Source: Candidatus Hermodarchaeum yapensis
Lineage (GTDB): Archaea; Asgardarchaeota; Hermodarchaeia; Hermodarchaeales; Hermodarchaeaceae
Length of the DNA stretch: 33,728 nt
Assembly (NCBI GenBank): GCA_016840405.1
Contig: JAEOSK010000025.1
Coordinates: 1-33,728, forward strand
Direction: 5' to 3'
The notes under the pieces were generated by a model. The model was not told where the DNA came from. It made no database searches and saw only the letters and a program-made list of their open reading frames with translations. The translations under genes were made by a program, and so were the position numbers. Below are positions 27,017 through 33,728 of the stretch, in pieces. The stretch's first letter is position 1. Every line of letters begins with the position of its first letter.

Positions 27017-27811
27017 CTACATAGATTGCAGAATGATTTGTCGTTGAAACCAGGCTATTACAGCATTAACTGTCTCCTCGTATGCCACTGGACTTGATAA
27101 ATTGTGATCTGCTCCTTTGACAACGACCATCTCTTTCGGACCCTTTGCTGCATCGAAGAGCCGTTTTACACCAGATAAATCGATGCCAAGATCCGCATCT
27201 CCAGTGATGATGAATAGGGGACGTGGAGCAACTTTGTCAATTTCGTTCAGGGGATTCAATCGTTTAGCATCTTCAACCATCCAGTGAAGAACGTCCTTAC
27301 GAATTTGCGGATCGGTGAGCCCGTGCATTTGATCAGGAGCATTTTGAATCAGTTCTTCGACAGCCATAGGAATCATTGGTGAACGAGCAAACCACAAGGT
27401 ATCGTATACAGGAGCTCGTAGACTAACAACACTAATTCGCGAATCCCGGGCTGCAGCGAGCACCGCCACCGCTGCTCCAAAACTAGGTCCATGGACTCCA
27501 ACCCAGTCTCCTTTGGTGTGATGAGATTCAAGTAAATGAGTGATAGCAGGTTTAGCGTCTTTCACTTGGTTAGCCAGACGAAACAACCCATCACTGCTGC
27601 GAAACCCCCGAAAATCAAATGTCAACACGGCAAATCCCGCTTCAGCTAATCGTGTTGCTATCCCACCAATTTGGTCAGATGATCCGGGAAGACCATGGAA
27701 TTTACAGATACCTGGAAATGGTCCAGTTCCGTGGGGAAGCACAAAATGGCCCCGGAGCGTCTCTCCTTCGGAAGTGAAAGAGGTTGGTTGAACTTCGATT
27801 TTCATTGGCAC
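27017..27811 (-). CDS. Alpha/beta hydrolase
   Basis: FHGLPG, FDFRGF..SDG, GPSFG nucleophile elbow, GDAD, GADH. Confidence 0.9.
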   Translation of the reverse strand: MPMKIEVQPTSFTSEGETLRGHFVLPHGTGPFPGICKFHGLPGSSDQIGGIATRLAEAGFAVLTFDFRGFRSSDGLFRLANQVKDAKPAITHLLESHHTKGDWVGVHGPSFGAAVAVLAAARDSRISVVSLRAPVYDTLWFARSPMIPMAVEELIQNAPDQMHGLTDPQIRKDVLHWMVEDAKRLNPLNEIDKVAPRPLFIITGDADLGIDLSGVKRLFDAAKGPKEMVVVKGADHNLSSPVAYEETVNAVIAWFQRQIILQSM

Positions 27812-27996
27812 ACCCTCTGTTTTATGAGAAAAGTGGATTTCTATTCTGATGAGGTCCTTTAATTTCTGCTGTATTGAGTTTAGCTATACATTGACTTAAA
27901 GAATTCTAGCGCCTGTTGTTGTGTTGGGTAGCTAAGAAGTTACAAAGAGTTTTTGGGAACCATAATCTACTGTAAAAAAAGGAACGGTGACAAGCA

Positions 27997-29751
27997 GTGC
28001 AACAAGATGAGATATCTCTGTTAGTTGGTGGTGAAGCCGGTCAAGGTATCAATGCCGCTGGTTTCCTGTTAGCCAAATCCTTCTTTCGGGGAGGTTTACA
28101 CGTATTTGGTTCCATTGATTATCCTTCCCTAATTCGAGGGGGACATAATTTCTACACCCTACGAGCAGCAGGCTATCCGGTATACAGTCACTGGGATACC
28201 ATCAATCTCGTCATTGCTTTAGATGCATTGACGATGAAACGCCACCACAAACACGTTTCCAAGGATGGCGGTTACATCTATGATAGTGATCGCATTCCCG
28301 CGGACCACCATGACATCCCCACTGATAAGAAATTCCTATGTCCCATCCCATTGAAAACTCTACAGAAGGAAATTGGAGGTACTCCTGTCATTCGGAACGT
28401 GATTGCTCTGGGTGCCACCTTAGCTGTTCTGGACTATGATGTCACAATCCTTGAGGTGATACTTCGGGAGAACTTCCAACGCAAGGGCGATAAAGTCGTC
28501 GAGATGAATCATCGGGCAGTTCGTGCTGGATATGATTATGCAAAGAAGAACTTCTCGAACGAGTTCACATATCAGATCAAAGCCATCTCCAAGACGAAGC
28601 AGAACCGGATACTAATCCCTGGGAGTGAAGCGATAGCAGTGGGAGCAATGGCGGCAGGGTGTAAATTCTATTCAGCCTACCCCATGACTCCCTCCTCTGG
28701 TGTCCTCCATTTCTTTTTCGCCCAAGGCGAACAGTTTGGCATAGTGACGCACCAGCCCGAAAGTGAAATCGCGGCCATTAATATGGTCATTGGAGCTGCC
28801 CATGCAGGGACAAGGGCAATGACGGGAACTTCGGGTGGAGGTTTCTGCTTGATGACGGAAGCCTTCAGCATGGCGGGCATGACGGAAACCCCGCTGGTAG
28901 TGATGCTTGGTCAACGAACAGGACCTAGTACTGGGTTACCGACTTACACTGGACAAAGCGATTTGCTCTTCGCAATCCATGCTTCGCACGGTGAGTTTCC
29001 ACGAATCTTGCTGGCCCCTGGTGACGTTCAGGAGTCCTTTGATCTCACTATTGATGCTTTCAACCTGGCTGAGCAATTCCAACTCCCTGTAATCATACTC
29101 ACTGACAAACACCTACTCGAAAGCCACTATACCAATGACACTTTCAAACTCGATAACGTACCAATTGACCGGGGCAAACTACTCCCCATGACACCCTATA
29201 AGGGTGAGAAACCATATCTTCGTCATCGTTACACCGATGATGGTATCTCCCCCCGGTTAATCCCAGGAACCCCCAATGCATTAGTCCATACAGATTCGGC
29301 GGTCCACAAAGAAAGTGGGTTTCAAGGAGACCACTGCGAAATCGCTGAAAGGCAAGCGAATAAACGCTATCAGAAAATGCCTACATTAATGAAAACCCTC
29401 TCAAAACGCGATACCGTGAAGATACATGGACCACATGACGCGAAAACGAGCATTGTTAGTTGGGGGTCACCTAAAGGGGCAATTCTTGAAGCCTTGAGAA
29501 TTTTGCATAAAGAACACCAGAGCATTAACTTTACACAAATTCTCTATATTGAACCATTTCCGGTTAGTGAAGTTGAAAAGGCGTTCCAAGGCAAGCGCCT
29601 AATTCTTGTGGAAAATAACCAGACAGGTCAACTCGGGAGCCTCATTCAGCAATACACGGATTACAAAATCAATTACCGCATCCTCCGATATGATGGACGA
29701 CCCTTTGATCCTGGTGACCTGACAGACCGTATTCGGGAGGCCCTTAAATAA
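27997..29751 (+). CDS. korA: 2-oxoacid:ferredoxin oxidoreductase alpha subunit (gamma-alpha fusion)
   Basis: GGEAGQG, SLIRGGHN, YPMTPSS, ESEIAA, TSGGGF.LM.E, QRTGPSTGLPT, ENN..GQL. Confidence 0.93.
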   Translation: MQQDEISLLVGGEAGQGINAAGFLLAKSFFRGGLHVFGSIDYPSLIRGGHNFYTLRAAGYPVYSHWDTINLVIALDALTMKRHHKHVSKDGGYIYDSDRIPADHHDIPTDKKFLCPIPLKTLQKEIGGTPVIRNVIALGATLAVLDYDVTILEVILRENFQRKGDKVVEMNHRAVRAGYDYAKKNFSNEFTYQIKAISKTKQNRILIPGSEAIAVGAMAAGCKFYSAYPMTPSSGVLHFFFAQGEQFGIVTHQPESEIAAINMVIGAAHAGTRAMTGTSGGGFCLMTEAFSMAGMTETPLVVMLGQRTGPSTGLPTYTGQSDLLFAIHASHGEFPRILLAPGDVQESFDLTIDAFNLAEQFQLPVIILTDKHLLESHYTNDTFKLDNVPIDRGKLLPMTPYKGEKPYLRHRYTDDGISPRLIPGTPNALVHTDSAVHKESGFQGDHCEIAERQANKRYQKMPTLMKTLSKRDTVKIHGPHDAKTSIVSWGSPKGAILEALRILHKEHQSINFTQILYIEPFPVSEVEKAFQGKRLILVENNQTGQLGSLIQQYTDYKINYRILRYDGRPFDPGDLTDRIREALK

Positions 29752-29763
29752 GGAGTGAAGGAA

Positions 29764-30627
29764 ATGCAAAAACCAACAGTTGAAAATTTGGATACCCTTG
29801 AACCAAATACCTGGTGTAAAGGCTGTGGAAATTTTGGGTTGTTACGTGCATTAAAGGCAACCCTCGCTGAGTTGGAAGTTCCTAAGGAACAATACTTCCT
29901 TGTGACAGGAATCGGTTGTCATGGCAAACTCTACAACTATGTTGACGTGAATGGATTCCACGGCATCCATGGACGTACACTTCCCTTGGCAACTGGTGTA
30001 AAACTCACAAACCATGAACTGACAGTAATCTGCGCCGCCGGTGACGGCGACCAATACGATGAAGGACTCGGGCATTTACCCCATGCGGCAAGGCGTAATA
30101 TTGACATCAAACTCTTCACTCATGACAACAAAGTGTATGGTCTAACGACTGGACAGACAGCACCAACCGCCATCCAAGGATACCGAAGCAAAACAACACT
30201 GCATGGAGCCCCCTCACCTCGCCTAGAACCCCTCAAAATCGCTTTAGCAAGTAATGCCAGTTTTGTCGCCCGTGGATGGGTTGGTGACCTTGAACATTTG
30301 AAAGGACTCATGAAAGCCGCCATTCAACATCGGGGCTTCGCATTGCTAGATATTTTTCAAGTTTGTTTTACCTTCAACCGAGAACAAACCTTCCAATTTT
30401 ACCGTGACCGTGTATACAAACTCGAAGACGAAGGTCACGATTCCTCAGATCTCCATCAAGCATGGACTCGTGCCCAAGAATGGGGAGACCGAATACCCAT
30501 TGGACTCTTCTACCAAGAAAACCGCCCAATTTACCGCGACTCTCTGCCCCAACTCAAGAAAGAAGCACTCATCAAGCAACCACTTGCTCCCAAGGGTCTT
30601 GAAAAACTCTTGAAGGAATTCATGTAG
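29764..30627 (+). CDS. korB: 2-oxoacid:ferredoxin oxidoreductase beta subunit
   Basis: WCKGCGN, GIGCH, HGR, GDGD TPP motif, DN.VYGLT.GQ.APT, Q.C.TFN. Confidence 0.93.
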   Translation: MQKPTVENLDTLEPNTWCKGCGNFGLLRALKATLAELEVPKEQYFLVTGIGCHGKLYNYVDVNGFHGIHGRTLPLATGVKLTNHELTVICAAGDGDQYDEGLGHLPHAARRNIDIKLFTHDNKVYGLTTGQTAPTAIQGYRSKTTLHGAPSPRLEPLKIALASNASFVARGWVGDLEHLKGLMKAAIQHRGFALLDIFQVCFTFNREQTFQFYRDRVYKLEDEGHDSSDLHQAWTRAQEWGDRIPIGLFYQENRPIYRDSLPQLKKEALIKQPLAPKGLEKLLKEFM

Positions 30628-30735
30628 CTTCTATCCACGATCAAAGATCTCGTCATATCATATTCGATATTGCTGAAATCACAAATCCCGAGTATTATAA
30701 GTAACAGGACTTCCCTTGGAGTAACGGCGAGTCGC

Positions 30736-31650
30736 GTGGATCTGCAGCTTTGTCAACGTCTTATCAAAACCTGTTGTCCCCAACTTCACATCGAGGATAT
30801 TATTCCGAATACTGAGGGATTGGTGTATTTCATAGCCGAAGTCAACGGCGAATACATTTTTCGGTTCCCTCGATTCCCGGAATCCAATAAATACCTTAAC
30901 ATAGAAGCTGCCATCCTCCCAAAATTAGGGTCCTGGATTGAATTATCCATTCCAAAGTTTGAATTCATTTGTAAGAAGAATCCCGATTATCCATGGATGT
31001 TCGTAGGTTACCCAAAGATTCCCGGGATTCCCCTAACGAAAACGCAGCTGAATACCACTGATCCCTATCAATCTGCCAAGGACCTAGGATTGTTTTTGAC
31101 GCAACTCCATAGCTTTCCAGTGGAACAGGCCAGACAGGCAAAGGTCCCGTTCTTGGATTCTGCCCAATGGCGTACCATCTACGAGAAGTTCTATCAACAA
31201 ATCAAAACAGAAATCTTTCCTCTTCTGGACTCCCCCCTGCAAACGCACCTTACTAGCCTATTCCAAAAGTTTCTGGAGAATGACCAGAATTTCCATTTCC
31301 AACCCACTCTCATCCACCGGGACTTAGGAGAAGAGCACATCCTCTGGGATCCAAGCGCGAAGCGAATCACCGGTATCATCGACTGGAACGATGTCAGCAT
31401 CGGCGACCCTTTCTTCGATTTCACAGGCATCTTTGGATCATATGGTGAAAAGTTTACGATACAGGTCGCAGAGCACTACCCGCGGCTACCTGACGACACC
31501 ATCTTTGATCGTATACGGTTCTATTCGAAAATCGGTTGGTGCCACTTTATCCTCTACGCTGAGATGATAAGAGATCAGAAACTACGTGAAGAATCAATAC
31601 AGCAGCTACAAAGCGCAGTGATTGAAAAAGAGAGAAAGGGAGCCTGCTAG
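30736..31650 (+). CDS. Aminoglycoside phosphotransferase (APH) family kinase
   Basis: YIFRFPR, E..IL, FL.QLH, IHRDLGEEHIL, GIIDWND..IGDP..DF; start uncertain (GTG 30736). Confidence 0.88.
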   Translation: MDLQLCQRLIKTCCPQLHIEDIIPNTEGLVYFIAEVNGEYIFRFPRFPESNKYLNIEAAILPKLGSWIELSIPKFEFICKKNPDYPWMFVGYPKIPGIPLTKTQLNTTDPYQSAKDLGLFLTQLHSFPVEQARQAKVPFLDSAQWRTIYEKFYQQIKTEIFPLLDSPLQTHLTSLFQKFLENDQNFHFQPTLIHRDLGEEHILWDPSAKRITGIIDWNDVSIGDPFFDFTGIFGSYGEKFTIQVAEHYPRLPDDTIFDRIRFYSKIGWCHFILYAEMIRDQKLREESIQQLQSAVIEKERKGAC

Positions 31651-31656
31651 CATAGG

Positions 31657-32094
31657 CTAGGCAGGCTTGATGAAGTAGGCGAGGTCGCCGCTATCGAGTT
31701 CTTGTGGTTCAATTTTAACCTTCATGCCAACCTTAGGTTTACTGGTTAATCCTTTCAAGTGACCTGTGAGGAGAAGGTTGTCTTCAAACTCAATGACACC
31801 AACCGCATAGGGAACATTGGTTTTCTTGGCTATGCCTTCAGGGGCAAAGTGTACGATGGACCAGGTATAGAGTGTTCCTTCAGGATTCACTTCAAACCAC
31901 TTCAAGTCCTTACCACCGCAAGGACAGGTAAATCGGGGTGGCATGAATTTCTTCCCACATGACTTACACTCAGTGGCAAGGAATTTACCTTCCTTGAGTC
32001 CGTTAATAAATTTGCGAAATTCAGCGGTCATTCGTTGTCGATGCTTGACATCCGTTGATAATTCTTGTACTAAGCCTAATTGGGGTTCACTCAT
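31657..32094 (-). CDS. DUF35 Zn-ribbon/OB-fold protein (thiolase partner)
   Basis: CKSCG..FMPPR..CPCG, GTLYTWS, PYAVGVIE, KVGMKV; SD GAGGTGA. Confidence 0.92.
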   Translation of the reverse strand: MSEPQLGLVQELSTDVKHRQRMTAEFRKFINGLKEGKFLATECKSCGKKFMPPRFTCPCGGKDLKWFEVNPEGTLYTWSIVHFAPEGIAKKTNVPYAVGVIEFEDNLLLTGHLKGLTSKPKVGMKVKIEPQELDSGDLAYFIKPA

Positions 32095-32105
32095 TGCATC
32101 TCACC

Positions 32106-33317
32106 TCAGGGCTCCAAAATGAAGACATTCACAAATTGACCATGCTGGCCAACATTGTGACATAATGCAACTTCGGCATCTGGAACTTGCCGTTGCTTTT
32201 CGGCAGTCCCAAAGACTTGTTTGTATGCGTCAACGACTTGCCCGATACCTGTAGCACCTAATGGGTGACCCTTGGATTTGAGTCCACCATCGACATTCAC
32301 CGGAACTCCAGGTCCGTCAATATAGGGTCCACGTTCTTCAGTCCATTTACCTCCTTGACCTCGTTCACAAAAACCAAGATCTTCATAGGCCATGATCTCT
32401 GCAATGCTAAAGCAGTCGTGAACATATGCCACATTAATATCCTTTGCAGAGCGACCTGATGATTTATAAGCCATCTCTGCAGCCCTAACCGAACCACCCA
32501 GATTAGTTAGATTGGGACGATCCGTAACACGCATCGTATCCGAAGAACAGCCAAGACCAGTAATCCAGAGTGGATCACTTGACATCTTTTTGGCTTTTTC
32601 TTCGTTCGCGAGAATGACGGTCGCTGCTCCATCGCTAATTAAGCAACAGTCATAGAGTCGAAGGGGTAGAGCAATTGGGACCGCTCCATTAGCATCTTCA
32701 ATTGATACTTTTCGACGCAGATGTGCTAGCTTGTTATAGTAACCATAGTAATGGCTTTTAACGGAAACAGCTGAAAGCTGGTCACGTGTTAGCCCATCAA
32801 CAGCCATCTTTCGTGCAGCATAAAGAGAGTAGAAGGTTGGAAAACTAATTCCATACGGATACTCCCACCTGTGGTCTCCAGCTACTGACATCAGTTCAGT
32901 TGCATAAGCAGTAGACACCCAGGTCATGGTTTCAACGCCAATGGCAGCCATAACATCGAATTGCCCGGAAGCAATTTGTGCCCAGGCTGTTCTGATGGCT
33001 GTGGAGCCAGTAGCGCATGCGGTTTCAACTCGCATTGTGGGTTTGCCTATAATGCCGACTTCATCGGCGATAAGTGCTGCAGCAGCACCTTGACCTGCAA
33101 AGGCTTCTGCGGCAATGCCGATGACGCTGGCCTCGACGTCATCATTTGTAATTCCTGCGTGTTCGATTGCAGGGAAGTAAGATTCGTGGGCGAGTTCCCG
33201 GATTGTAACGGCGGGGTAGGCCGCTTTCTCACCTTCGATGTCTTCTTCGATGATTTTACCGCGTTTACCGTATTTGCTGTGGCCGATACCCACAATTGCG
33301 ACTTTTGGAATTGCCAC
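32106..33317 (-). CDS. SCP2-type thiolase (acetyl-CoA acyltransferase family)
   Basis: VETACATG, DCC..SDGA, HDCF, VN.DGGL.SKGHPLGATG, HNVG. Confidence 0.93.
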   Translation of the reverse strand: MAIPKVAIVGIGHSKYGKRGKIIEEDIEGEKAAYPAVTIRELAHESYFPAIEHAGITNDDVEASVIGIAAEAFAGQGAAAALIADEVGIIGKPTMRVETACATGSTAIRTAWAQIASGQFDVMAAIGVETMTWVSTAYATELMSVAGDHRWEYPYGISFPTFYSLYAARKMAVDGLTRDQLSAVSVKSHYYGYYNKLAHLRRKVSIEDANGAVPIALPLRLYDCCLISDGAATVILANEEKAKKMSSDPLWITGLGCSSDTMRVTDRPNLTNLGGSVRAAEMAYKSSGRSAKDINVAYVHDCFSIAEIMAYEDLGFCERGQGGKWTEERGPYIDGPGVPVNVDGGLKSKGHPLGATGIGQVVDAYKQVFGTAEKQRQVPDAEVALCHNVGQHGQFVNVFILEP

Positions 33318-33407
33318 TTATTTTTCACCTACTTTTTAGTTCTTATTTTGATGCTTCTATCGCGATTTTCACTAATAGAATCTTTTGTTGTCTTAGTTTT
33401 GCTGTGT

Positions 33408-33728
33408 CTATTTACCCTTAAATTTAGGCTTGGATTTGGAGAATACAGCAGCAATACCGGTTGCTAGGTCTTCGGTGTCAAAGGTAGCGAGCATGCCATC
33501 AAGTTCTGTTTTGTTGCCTTTTTCAACTGGAACATCGAAGGAATGGTTCAATGCTTCCTTGGCAAGTTTGAGTGCGATCGGTGCATTGTCAGCTAGTGAT
33601 TGGGCCATGAAGAGGGCTTCACCATGAAGTTCGTCACTTGGTGCAACCTTGTTTACAAGACCCATTTCAAACGCCTCATCAGCCAGAACGTCTCTGCCAG
33701 TGAGGACAATCTCTTTTGCTCTGCCCAT
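33408..33728 (-). CDS. Enoyl-CoA hydratase/isomerase, C-terminal part (5'-truncated by window edge)
   Basis: RAKE..LTG....A.EA..MGLVN, P.AL..AK, TED...GI.A...K.KPKFKGK. Confidence 0.9.
   Translation of the reverse strand: MGRAKEIVLTGRDVLADEAFEMGLVNKVAPSDELHGEALFMAQSLADNAPIALKLAKEALNHSFDVPVEKGNKTELDGMLATFDTEDLATGIAAVFSKSKPKFKGK

Noticed and set aside
27846-27860. CTGATGAG resembling a hammerhead core or C box
   Set aside because: No matching stem II/GAAA or properly placed D box found
32961-33467. 168-aa Cys/Phe-rich antisense ORF over thiolase
   Set aside because: Shadow ORF in a skewed patch; no recognisable domain

Overview
33.7 kb, gene-dense (about 37 CDS) chromosomal stretch. It looks archaeal: GGTGA/GAGGTG Shine-Dalgarno motifs precede many genes, TATA boxes are visible, and it carries DUF2769, a thiolase-DUF35 pair and a SAMP/MoaD-type ubiquitin-like protein. 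The gene mix would fit an anaerobic heterotrophic archaeon, possibly Asgard; that assignment is inference only. Content is mostly catabolic or housekeeping: peptide ABC ATPase, family I CoA-transferase alpha/beta, pyruvate kinase, FabK/NMO-like flavoprotein, LLM oxidoreductase, 2-oxoacid:ferredoxin oxidoreductase alpha/beta, enoyl-CoA hydratase-thiolase-DUF35. I saw no rRNA, tRNA, CRISPR array, integrase or transposase. The strongest signals are cis-regulatory. (1) A perfect TAGTATTACT-N12-AGTAATACTA palindrome with NikR-operator geometry (GTATTA-N16-TAATAC) overlaps the start of a HemN-like radical SAM gene divergent from nikR, suggesting a nickel-repressed enzyme rather than a transporter. 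(2) Two copies of a 25-bp ATGTTTAC-N9-GTAA palindrome overlap both promoters of a divergent unit: a membrane-anchored beta-lactamase-family hydrolase on one side, an uncharacterised HTH/Cys regulator plus a bPH_2 membrane protein on the other. Also notable are a frameshifted AhpD/CMD gene and abrupt C-rich/G-rich strand-skew switches inside single genes. All functional calls come from motif recognition by eye; no searches were run.
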